Source of the DNA: Cyanidioschyzon merolae | Taxonomy: Eukaryota | NCBI GenBank assembly: GCA_000091205.1 | Contig: AP006500.2 | Strand: one strand, 5' to 3' | Length of the DNA: 64,000 nucleotides | The notes under the pieces: model-generated | The model's input: only the letters and a program-made list of their open reading frames with translations | Databases searched by the model: none | What the model was told of the DNA's origin: nothing | Translations under genes and position numbers: made by a program | In this document: positions 11,655-21,180 of the stretch, piece by piece | How positions within the stretch are numbered: the first letter of the stretch is position 1 | How the letters are laid out: every line of letters begins with the position of its first letter

Positions 11655-11983
11655 CGACTCAAGGCGCTACCGTCGCTGCTGCTGCTGCTGCTGCTGCCAC
11701 CAGCACCACCATCACTACCACCACCGAGAAACTGTTGCTGCTGCTCTGCGAATCGCTGTCCAGCGCGTGCAGCAAGCTTCAGAAACTTCTGAGCGCACTT
11801 GGTTACACACGCTTCTTCCTTGGCTTCCAGTTTGCTACTGCGGAATGAGTCCACGCAGTTGTTGAAACAGAGGTACACGAGCTCATTGTAAAGCCGCATG
11901 GAGTCTTGGATCTGCAGCTCTTGCAGCACAGCCATCATACGTCGCTCATCCTCCGCGGAGAGCCCAGCCGTACTCGCTTGCAT
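11651..11983 (-). CDS. TIM9: Small Tim (Tim9/Tim10 family) twin-CX3C mitochondrial intermembrane-space chaperone, with a G/S-rich C-terminal extension.
   Basis: LYNELVYLCFNNCVDSF ... EACVTKCAQKFLKLAARAGQRFAE gives the twin Cx3C motifs with Tim9-like spacing. The tail GGGSDGGAGGSSSSSSS is encoded by a (GCT)n microsatellite. Confidence 0.7.
   Translation of the reverse strand: MQASTAGLSAEDERRMMAVLQELQIQDSMRLYNELVYLCFNNCVDSFRSSKLEAKEEACVTKCAQKFLKLAARAGQRFAEQQQQFLGGGSDGGAGGSSSSSSSDGSALSR
11675..11695. repeat. (GCT)7 microsatellite
   Basis: gctgctgctgctgctgctgct read directly. Confidence 0.9.
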
Positions 11984-12413
11984 TCGGGACGAACCTTGGT
12001 CTCACCTTTAGTAGAAGCTGCCCCCGGTGCTACAGAGTCTGCGGCTTTGGCAAGTCGTGTCGTCGTCGCGCTGCAGCCGGCGGCTGCAGCATTGATCGCA
12101 CACTTGGCGTTTAGGGGGGAGCCAACGCTCCTGCGGTCGTGTACTACCCGCCGAGGTTGACAAGGAACAGGCGTCCCTGGATCGAAGCTTAGTTCCGCGG
12201 GAGGCTCGTGACACAGGGAACAATAGCTTTCGCAGTTGCGGGGAGGTGGATGCTCTGGTAGGGCCCGCTGCACCCTCCGGAACACGATGCGAGCCTCTTG
12301 AGCAGTCCGACTCGGGTATAGCCGGTGAGGGATCCATGGAGCGGACTCGTTTATCCCCTGGCTATGCTTGCCTCGGAGCATGCAGACAGGTTTTCAGAAT
12401 CTTCGAACCTGCA

Positions 12414-12936
12414 TACTACACGATTCAATTCATTGCATTTAGGACTTGTATAATTACTGATGAGAATCAGGATTTCTCAAACCTATACCCTACACGATTT
12501 CACTGATTGCATTTAATACTTGTGTAATCACTGATGAGAATCAGGATTTCTCAAACCTATACCCTACACGATTTCACTGATTGCATTTAATACTTGTGTA
12601 ATCACTGATGAGAATCAGGATTTCTCAAACCTATACCCTACACGATTTCACTGATTGCATTTAATACTTGTGTAATCACTGATGAGAATCAGGATTTCTC
12701 AAACCTATACCCTACACGATTCCATTCACTGCTTTTAATACTTGTGTAATCACTGATGAGAATCAGGATTTCTCAAACCTATACCCTACACGATTCCATT
12801 CACTGCTTTTAATACTTGTGTAATCACTGATGAGAATCAGGATTTCTCAAACCTATACCCTACACGATTCCATTCACTGCTTTTAATACTTGTGTAATCA
12901 CTGATGAGAATCAGGATTTCTCAAACCTATACCCTC
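12414..12936. repeat. 74-bp minisatellite of about 7 units, intergenic and upstream of the Tim9-like gene.
   Basis: The unit gatttcactgattgcatttaatacttgtgtaatcactgatgagaatcaggatttctcaaacctataccctacac recurs at 12496, 12570, 12644 and onward, with variants. Confidence 0.9.
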
Positions 12937-13518
12937 AGAAAAATGATCCAACATTCGCTGCGTTGTCGCAAGTCCAAACGGCAGCGGCGAGTCCCGAAAT
13001 GCTGAACACGTGAAAGCGCTGCGAGAGCGGCAGGGCATTGCAAGCATTGCAGGACTAGTTCATGAATCAAGCCTCTTTTCCTACGTAAATCAATCGACGG
13101 TGATGCCTATCACCTCGACATTTCCGCAAAATAACCGAGTGAGTTCAACCCGTTGTTCGCCAGTTGCGTACCCACAGTCACGGAACGCAAGTGTGAAGCA
13201 TCGGCCCGAAACTGTTTGCACGCCAGCGCGCATGCAGTGCTGCCCTGCTGTACAGCAGTAAGAGGCATCAGTTGGGTACTGTTTGATGGATTGGTGGATC
13301 AATCTTTGGCACAGCGCTACCCTGGGTCAGCGATAGCATTGCTGCGCGCCCTACAACGTGTTTGCGAATGGCAAGAATGCCCAGTGCCAGCGCGTTGTTC
13401 ACTGCAGCGCAATCACGCTCCGATTTGGCAGTTGATTGCGTTCTGTTGCGATGCGTTCATGCTCAGGGTGAAGTAAAGCAAAGTCTGTATGTATCTGTTG
13501 ATCTGAGGTCTGCTAGAG

Positions 13519-14904
13519 TTGTATGCGCTCAGCAGACTCATGTTTACTGGCTACTATGTCGCGGCAGACTGGAAACGAAAGGCTCAGCGGCAACGACAGT
13601 GTTGGAAGCGACGCTTCACCACAACCTGGCGTCGAGGAGCACTGACTCCGGACTGCCAGCAACGGACAGCTGCAGCGTCTCGATGTGCACAGTCCGCTGC
13701 TATCCGAGCAATTATTTGCATGGTATCGAGAGAGGAACCTGTGCGGGACTTGGTATCGGACGCTTCAGATTCAACAAGAACACGCTCCGCAGGACCCGCT
13801 ATTGGTGCCGCAGAGAAACGCAAAGCGTCGAGGGCGAGCGCCTTGGACCCGTACCAAACCACGAGTGCTAGAAGCGGGTCTGCGAACGCACTCTTGGACG
13901 CGGTACCCTGGTTAGCACTGCACCTGGCGACCGTTCTCTGGGGGACACAGCACGCAGTTATCAAACAGCTCGTAGACGGCGGGTTCGACGCATCTGTGCT
14001 CAATATGGAAAGATTTGGCATTGCAGCTAGCGTCAGCGTAGCAGCGGCGGCAGGTCTGCACATTCTCGATTCGTGGAATACCTCGAGACGGCCCGGCAGG
14101 CGAAAAGCGCAACAGTTTCCGCAAAACTGGCGTTTTTGGCGACGAATACTGGAAACCTGGAGCGGTGCGCTGGAGCTCGGCCTTTGGATGTTCCTTGGCT
14201 ATGCGTGCCAATCCATTGGTCTGACCGACACAAGCGCCTCTAGAAGTAGTTTTCTGCTGTACTTGAATGTGAAGATCGTGCCGTTTCTCGCTGCCGTACT
14301 GCTGCGACGTCGCATTCCGCGAGTCACATGGCTCGCTGCGACGATAGCGCTCTTCGGAACATTAATGCTTTCGTTCGACGGGGCGCCACCCAACGCGGGT
14401 GATGCCTGGAGTGTCGCAGCAGCCGTCGCGTCAGCGATGTTCATCCTGCGTCTGGAGCGTGTAGCAAGTCAAATGCCGCCGGCCACAATGAATGCACTGT
14501 CGTTGACAACGGTAACGATTCTCGCAACGCTATGGAGTGCGTTCCGATTCGATGACTCAGGAAGGCCAGTGTTCGACTGGGCGATGCTCGGTTCGGCTGC
14601 ACAACATATAACGGATCCAGCAATCCTTTACTTGGGACTAGCAGCGACAGCACTGAGCGGCTTGCTCCAAGCCTTTGGACAAGAGCACATCTCTGCCGAG
14701 CGGGCCGCTATCATATATGCATTGGATCCCGTCTATGCAGCAGCATTTGCGTACTTGCTTCTGGGCGAGACGCTCGGTCCGCGAGGTATTCTCGGCGCCG
14801 CCATTGTGTTCATAGCAGCGTTGCTATCGCAGGGAGCGATACGATCATGGCTCTCTGATCGGTTAGAGACTCGAGCAGAGAACGGCAAACTAAACGATTC
14901 ATGA
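13519..14904 (+). CDS. EamA/DMT-superfamily membrane transporter. The N-terminal portion of the ORF may be upstream read-through.
   Basis: Multiple hydrophobic helices. ALHLATVLWGTQHAVIK ... IIYALDPVYAAAFAYLLLGETLGPRGILGAAIVFIAALL is typical of duplicated EamA domains. Confidence 0.55.
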   Translation: MYALSRLMFTGYYVAADWKRKAQRQRQCWKRRFTTTWRRGALTPDCQQRTAAASRCAQSAAIRAIICMVSREEPVRDLVSDASDSTRTRSAGPAIGAAEKRKASRASALDPYQTTSARSGSANALLDAVPWLALHLATVLWGTQHAVIKQLVDGGFDASVLNMERFGIAASVSVAAAAGLHILDSWNTSRRPGRRKAQQFPQNWRFWRRILETWSGALELGLWMFLGYACQSIGLTDTSASRSSFLLYLNVKIVPFLAAVLLRRRIPRVTWLAATIALFGTLMLSFDGAPPNAGDAWSVAAAVASAMFILRLERVASQMPPATMNALSLTTVTILATLWSAFRFDDSGRPVFDWAMLGSAAQHITDPAILYLGLAATALSGLLQAFGQEHISAERAAIIYALDPVYAAAFAYLLLGETLGPRGILGAAIVFIAALLSQGAIRSWLSDRLETRAENGKLNDS

Positions 14905-15150
14905 GGATGCTGGGCGGCAGCGCTTATGTTTTCCGATCCTAGGCGAATTTTTGAGCGACTCGCAATCGATGCATATTGGATGCTATTAGAAGTGGCAAAA
15001 GTCACGGCAGCGCGGATGCCACTAGCGCGGTACCTCGGCGATGACGGCAGCAGGTTCCAGAGACATCTACCCTATCATCGGTAAATGATGTCTGTTGCCT
15101 GTAGCGTTCTTGCGCGGGCAGCGCTGGACGCGTGCTCGAGCGGGAGCATC

Positions 15151-16452
15151 TCAATGATGGCGTGTTGACGTCGATGCTGTCGGCGTTTGCAGGCGAGTTG
15201 CGCCTACCATCTGCATGAGGACGGTCTTGGCACGCCCGTACAACTCGCGCAGTGTCGGAGGCAACCAGGTCGACCACATGTCTAACTGCATTTCGATGTG
15301 TTGCCACACCAGCCGCGTGAAAGGACAGCTTAAATAGCGCAACTGTAAATAGCGATAGAGCACCAAAACCGCCAGGAAGCTTCTTTGCGGTGTGAATATC
15401 GAAGCCAGCAAAAAGATGAACAGGGCTGCTTCGGCGTAGGCAGCCAGTAGGCGAGCCCTACTTTCATGCTGGCGCAAGTATGCGGCCAGATGTCGTTGCT
15501 TTGTCGGTGCCAAAAACCAGCGTAGCACCTGTGCAGAGGCAGTAGCGCTTTCGAAAAGTGGCAACAGACGATCGTAAACGAACGTGGTGATGAGCGACGC
15601 CATTGCGAGCCTTAACGCAACCGGGTGATGCAGCTGCACACCAACGGATACGAAGAAAAGCCGCGGAATGAGATCAGCAGAAGCGAGCGCCCGCTCTAGA
15701 CGCACCCGACCAGGCCACTCGCGAGGTAGCCGTTGCCAGCTCTGGTAGCAAGTCCAAGCCAGGGAAAGGAAAACACCGACCCAGGTCCAGCCGACAAGAG
15801 GCCCCGTTCCCATCCAAAACGTGCCAGTAGCAGCAACTAGGATGCACAGGTCCAACACGGGGCCCAAGTCGCTTGCCCCGCTGCGCTGAAAGCCAGCCCA
15901 GGCCGCTTGTCGGCATGCCTGCACACATTTCCAGGTGCGCTGTCGCCAGTCGTTGCTGTAGGTCCGCGCAAACTGGGTACGCTCACCTGCTGCTGCGTCT
16001 GCTGGAACCGCTCTAGAGCTCTGCGGCTTCAACGGCAACGAAGGATCGATGTACCTGCGAAAGAAAGCCCGACGGAGACGCTCCTCGACTTCCGCTGACG
16101 GTGCGGTGACCTCAGCGGCACGCCGAAAGCGCTGCCAAGCCTCGTCCGTGTCGAAAGGGTAGCGTTTGAAAGCCTCCTCTGCTGCCTCTGCTGCATCTTC
16201 AACCAGTGGCATGGTCCTCTCTTCTGCGGGCGGTGAACGACCTCGGCAACTGCCACACCCCGGAGTCCGGTGTGAGGAACCCCATTCATGTCCGCAATGT
16301 TCCAGTTCATCGAGCGCGCCCGCAGAGCGATCACCGATGCATCGAGTGCAGTGAGAGCGCACCAGGGAGGATACCCTCAGCAAGTTGCGCTGCCATGCGT
16401 GCAAACTGCTGGGAACGGGACACCAGGCAAGGTACTCTGGATCGGTACCCAC
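15151..16452 (-). CDS. Hypothetical multi-pass membrane protein
   Basis: 433-aa ORF with 3-4 strongly hydrophobic helices in the C-terminal half. No motif confidently recognised. Confidence 0.35.
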   Translation of the reverse strand: MGTDPEYLAWCPVPSSLHAWQRNLLRVSSLVRSHCTRCIGDRSAGALDELEHCGHEWGSSHRTPGCGSCRGRSPPAEERTMPLVEDAAEAAEEAFKRYPFDTDEAWQRFRRAAEVTAPSAEVEERLRRAFFRRYIDPSLPLKPQSSRAVPADAAAGERTQFARTYSNDWRQRTWKCVQACRQAAWAGFQRSGASDLGPVLDLCILVAATGTFWMGTGPLVGWTWVGVFLSLAWTCYQSWQRLPREWPGRVRLERALASADLIPRLFFVSVGVQLHHPVALRLAMASLITTFVYDRLLPLFESATASAQVLRWFLAPTKQRHLAAYLRQHESRARLLAAYAEAALFIFLLASIFTPQRSFLAVLVLYRYLQLRYLSCPFTRLVWQHIEMQLDMWSTWLPPTLRELYGRAKTVLMQMVGATRLQTPTASTSTRHH

Positions 16453-16700
16453 TGTACTGGATATACGGATAATGGTCTTGTTCAGCGGGACTCTGGGAGA
16501 TGTACTCTGGATTGGAACGCACTGTACCGGATATACGGATGCTCCTCGTGGTCAGCGGGACTCTAGGGAACGTACCTTGGATGGGTTCGCACTACACTGG
16601 ACGTAAGGATACTGAATTTGGCCAAGATAGGCAATAGGCAACGTGCTCTGGATCGGTACGCACTGTACTGGATGTACAGATAGTGAACAAGATCAACATT
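16433..16700. repeat. 70-bp tandem repeat of about 4 units at the 5' end of and upstream of the 15151-16452(-) ORF.
   Basis: tactctggatcggtac...cagcgggactct recurs at 16433, 16503, 16573 and 16644. Confidence 0.8.
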
Positions 16701-17892
16701 GCCGATCGGATAAAAAAGAGCGGAACATGAACAGCGAAGCGCATGGAATACCAAACTCCACCTACAGTGAACAGGTCGAATACGCATTGACCGACATGTG
16801 GGGCCTCTTGCGGGCTGCGGCAGCAGCAGCGTCCGTATGTAGAGGACGACTCTTGCGACGATGCATGGGACTAGATACGAAGAAGCGCTCTGGAGCCGGG
16901 TGGGTGTCGTTCGCTTCTAGCAAGTCGCTGTTTGGCTAATCTGCTGCCTCCTCGGATGCGAAATGAGAGAACCAACCTCATGCGCCATCGGTGCTGCGGC
17001 ACAGAACCTGGAGACATCAGCGACGCAACAAGCTTGCTTTTGGTCGAGCAACGTCAAACGTGGACGCTGCCGGAATGGTGAGCATGTTAACAGCACACCA
17101 TTGCATGGGAAACGTTCGACTGCTTATCATAGACACCGACCTAGTCGCTCTGATCACGCTTCTTCGTCATCTGGAGCCGGTCGCTATAAAGCTACAGCAT
17201 ACATCGATGAGGGCAATGTCTCGACCTGCACAGAGCGTACTGCATCTCACAAGTTCCTGCCAGAGCAACGCAGCATCAACGCTGCGATGATATGGCGTTG
17301 TCGAAGGATCCGACGGACTCGAACGAATGATTTACTCGGCGCGAGACGTAGATTGAGAGCACCACATCGAACGCTGTCTTCCATGCTCTGTCGCGATGGA
17401 ACGGAACAAGATGGGTGCTTTGGGGGATACGAGTTGCGAAAGCAACCAAAGCGCATCTAAGTGGAACACGACGCTCGCTCGTGGACTCAAATCTGGGGCA
17501 TGTTGAGTGTCAAGGATTCAGAGCTGTCGACATGGATGCGACAAACCTGACCGATGCTCAACCGTGCTCCCACTGCCCCGCGCGGCGTTCCGCAATGCAT
17601 CGAACGCATGCCCTGCGTTTCTTTGCATTGTGACAAAGGCCGGATACAGTGCTCCAAATGAAAGACGCGCCACTGGGATTTCGTTCAGCCCGGTGGCGCT
17701 CTCGAGACTCCGGAGCACGTGCACTGTACTTGCGCAATAGAGTTGGGTGTTTTGTGGAAATCACCATGCAGTCACCGTTGTCAGGCGAGCGCTAAACCTG
17801 ATCCGTGATCGAACTTGGTGCATTCTGGGTACTGCACCCAAACTCTATACCGCATGCACCATTGCACTAGCGTCCAGGTAGTGTACAACTAT

Positions 17893-18062
17893 GCTAGCGT
17901 CATAAATCTCATTCGAAACCGGCAACACATTAGCACCTCTAGTTCAGGATGAGCACCAGCTTCTATTCTTGTTAAAAAGCACTGACAGAAACAAGCGCCA
18001 TAAATCTCATTCGAAACAGGCAACTCATTAGCACCTCTAGTTCAGGATGTGCACCAGCTGCC
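17893..18062. repeat. Two copies of a 60-bp direct repeat separated by about 45 bp.
   Basis: cataaatctcattcgaaac.ggcaac.cattagcacctctagttcaggatg.gcaccagct occurs at 17893-17953 and 18000-18062. Confidence 0.85.
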
Positions 18063-18957
18063 ATTCGGGTTCAGGTGCGATCCGCATTTGCGGCATTCCG
18101 ATGCTACCGAGGCCACTGCTGGGCGAGTCGATTCGTTCTGCGAGCAGCGCTTCAAAACACCATACGGGTTTGCGCCAGACGTTCTGCTCATGCTTCAGAA
18201 GGGACCCATCTGGCTTCTTCCAAATCGTTGAGAAGCAGGCAACGAACTCCACATCAATGTCAACGAACAAGCGTCTCTCGAAATCGTAGCGACCGTAGGT
18301 ATTCACAATCTGAGCGCCTCCTACTTGTTCGACCTGCATGGTCACATTCATGTTCTCACGCTCATATGCTTCAATGGTCTCTCGGAGAGCCTTCGCCACC
18401 TGATCGCTTACAGCATCCCCGAGCGCATCGATATCCTTCTCGATCAAAGCCGCGCAGACGCGTTGGAAAGCGAACTGTGCGCCCTTCAAAAACTCATCCG
18501 GAGAAAAGACCGGTGGGGGCCAGACTCGCTGCAGCTGCAGCAGGTGCCACCGTATTTTGAGCTGTCGCCAGAGCGGCACGCTGCTCAGTGGCGGTGGCGG
18601 TGGCGGTGGCGGTGGCGTCGACGACCCCACGTTGTCTGGATCCCGTGCGACAGCAGCGTCCTGCTCGGAGTCCTTTGCTGAAACCGTTTGTACGAGCCTT
18701 GACCAGAGCAAAGAATCTAGCTGCCCACTGACGCGTTCGTCCTCTGCTGTCCCACGTAATGAACGTGCCCCACAGTCCCGAGAACAACTTGTTTGGTGTA
18801 GTGGAAGACGGTACACGCTTCGAGTTCCGCAGACGCAGCGCATGGCGCAAGCTTGGCGAGAAAGCGGTTGTAGCTGACGAACTTGCGCTGCTGACCAGCT
18901 CCACAACGCTCCACTGCACCTTTTAAGCGCATCTCGCGTTGCATGCAGCATAGGCAA
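18037..18957 (-). CDS. Tim44-like-domain protein (Tim44 / mL45 / Mba1 family), with a polyproline tract.
   Basis: The C-terminal about 150 aa (FSPDEFLKGAQFAFQRVCAALIEKDIDALGDAVSDQV...VTMQVEQVGGAQIVNTYGRYDFERRLFVDIDVEF...WKKPDGS) fits the Tim44-like fold pattern. PPPPPPPPPPP is encoded by (GGTGGC)n at 18589-18616. Confidence 0.45.
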   Translation of the reverse strand: MPMLHATRDALKRCSGALWSWSAAQVRQLQPLSRQACAMRCVCGTRSVYRLPLHQTSCSRDCGARSLRGTAEDERVSGQLDSLLWSRLVQTVSAKDSEQDAAVARDPDNVGSSTPPPPPPPPPLSSVPLWRQLKIRWHLLQLQRVWPPPVFSPDEFLKGAQFAFQRVCAALIEKDIDALGDAVSDQVAKALRETIEAYERENMNVTMQVEQVGGAQIVNTYGRYDFERRLFVDIDVEFVACFSTIWKKPDGSLLKHEQNVWRKPVWCFEALLAERIDSPSSGLGSIGMPQMRIAPEPEWQLVHILN

Positions 18958-19292
18958 ACGAAAAAGCGTCCTTCTATAGGTTCATTCCCAGTTGAGGAGC
19001 ACCAACGCAACGCTGGCGCTCTACAAAGCGCTCGCCTCGCAGCTAGCAGAGTGCGAGCATCGCTCAAGCCACGAAAGCCGCACACGGCTTCGGGGTACGC
19101 GGCTGCTGCTCGTCGTCATCGCGACGCTGACGGGCACATAGACGTCCATACTCATGTTCAAATAAAATGGACCAGGTCCATGAACTCGGGCGACCACGCT
19201 GGCGTTGTGGTTTCGGTTCACTTCCATGAGCACCAGCCTTGGTGGGCTTTTCTCGGTAACTGCTTCCAGTGCTCGTATCTTAGTTCCAGCTT

Positions 19293-20060
19293 TCAATACG
19301 CAAGTCTATCCATGCGCTTCATCATTTTTGTCAACAGTCGATAGATGTCGATGGAAGCGTTTCGGTCCCATTTTCGCTCCTCCCGACTGTTATCGATACA
19401 TTTCATGCACAGGCAAATTTTGTGATCGACGCATCGCTTATGGTGCTCAGCTTCTCTGGGTAGAGCCTCGGTGCGCGAGTTGCACCCTTGACACATGACT
19501 GCTGTCTGGTGCTCTCGAACGGCGACCAAATATGCTCCTCCTCTGACCAGCGCCCTGCGCCGCACGAGCACTTGCTTCATCGCTCGATACGTGTCCTGGA
19601 CAGGTACCGAGGGCTCGCCTCGTTTCCCGCTTCCGCATCGGCGCCCGGTGCGGTACCGCACGATCATGAGCTTCTGCTGGGCCAGCTGCTCAGCGAATAC
19701 GCTTTCTGGTGCATACGCAAGCGCATAAGCTCCCATTCGATAAAGGATTCGTGGGGCGTGATGTTTTCCACCGTGGAACACGTAGCACAAGGGAAAACCG
19801 CGGTCTGGAAACAGTGTAACCGAACTCGATCCGTCGACGCTTCCTTTTTGCGAAGCGGCAACGTACCTTCCAATCGAAGCGATCACCGCGATGAACGCAG
19901 TCCGAATCTGGGACACTTTTCCATGAAAACAGAAGAGATGGAAGCCTCTGGGAGCATACACCACGAGAAGCACATGCCGCCGTGGAACGCTGCATCGCGG
20001 ACGGCCTGCAAGAGAGGACGATTTTCGTTGCAGCCGGAGTCGATTCTGATAACTTGACAT
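19293..20060 (-). CDS. Hypothetical protein, possibly alpha/beta-hydrolase-like
   Basis: 255-aa ORF containing a CYVFHGG (HGG-like) segment. Weak call. Confidence 0.2.
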   Translation of the reverse strand: MSSYQNRLRLQRKSSSLAGRPRCSVPRRHVLLVVYAPRGFHLFCFHGKVSQIRTAFIAVIASIGRYVAASQKGSVDGSSSVTLFPDRGFPLCYVFHGGKHHAPRILYRMGAYALAYAPESVFAEQLAQQKLMIVRYRTGRRCGSGKRGEPSVPVQDTYRAMKQVLVRRRALVRGGAYLVAVREHQTAVMCQGCNSRTEALPREAEHHKRCVDHKICLCMKCIDNSREERKWDRNASIDIYRLLTKMMKRMDRLAY

Positions 20061-21180
20061 GACAAGTCCAACGAGGCGCCGTCATATGCTTCTGAACATA
20101 CTATCAAGCGACGACATCGATTCTTATCGTCGTCCATCCTGCAGGCGCGGACTGATGCGCCCTCCAGTTGCCTTGAAACAGAAAGAGAGAAATTTTGAAG
20201 AATGGTTGATTTAAGCATGCGAAACGCAACGAATGTAGAAAAGTGGACGCTTGTCCGTATGCAACGGTTCACGGTGCCAGGTATGTTACGGGCCCTTGTT
20301 CGAGGGTGTCGCGAACCATCTTGATTCCTGTCACGGACCGAATCAGGCTGCAAACACGCGAAAGAGTCACTCAGAATAGTCGACCGCGAACCCTGAAACT
20401 ACGAACGCATCCGCAAACCCTATTGACCGCTCTTTGCATATCGAGGCTGTGCATCATAAAAAGCTCGGACAAAGTAGTCGAACGCCAGCAGCAGAGCGAG
20501 CATGAGAATGGCCCATGTTCATTGGACCTGCCCCGAACGCGTGCCAACATCCGCGATGCAGCGATCGAGTCGTCGGCGCTACGGTTCAGCCGCGGGGCTT
20601 CGCGACATCAGCATCAAACTAGTAGCGGATGGATACATTAAAAAGCCTTGCTGATAGACAAGACGCCCCAGTTCGATCCATTTTGATATCATGCTATATC
20701 CAATGGCAACCAGACTCCAACGAGGGCGCCAACGCAGCCTGCAGCCAACAAAGAGACCGCCGTTCCTCCGCGGAAGCTTCCACGGTGGCAGCGTTGCAGT
20801 CCATTGCTGCCCGCTTGCAATCGTGCGTAGCTTGCTCCGGCCTGCTCGGAGCAGCGCTGGACAGGCAGCCGCTGTCGCCAAACGCCGAAGTGACGGCACC
20901 GCCATGCATTGTGAGCCCGCCGGTTGGTATGCGTGCCTCCGTGCATCGCAAGCGTGCCAGCGGCATCCAGCACGCATTACGTAAATTTGGCGCGAACTGC
21001 GAATTCGCCGATGAGGCAGCGCGCCGGAAATCGCCCGCCCGCGGATACACGTCACCAGCCGTGCACGCATCGTGCCGCAGCAAGGCACGCATGCGGTACA
21101 CGGCGGAGAAACGGTCGATCGTACGCTTTGAGCGTCTGGAGAGCACAAGCGACTTGTGCTGCTGACGACCAACGTGGGGA

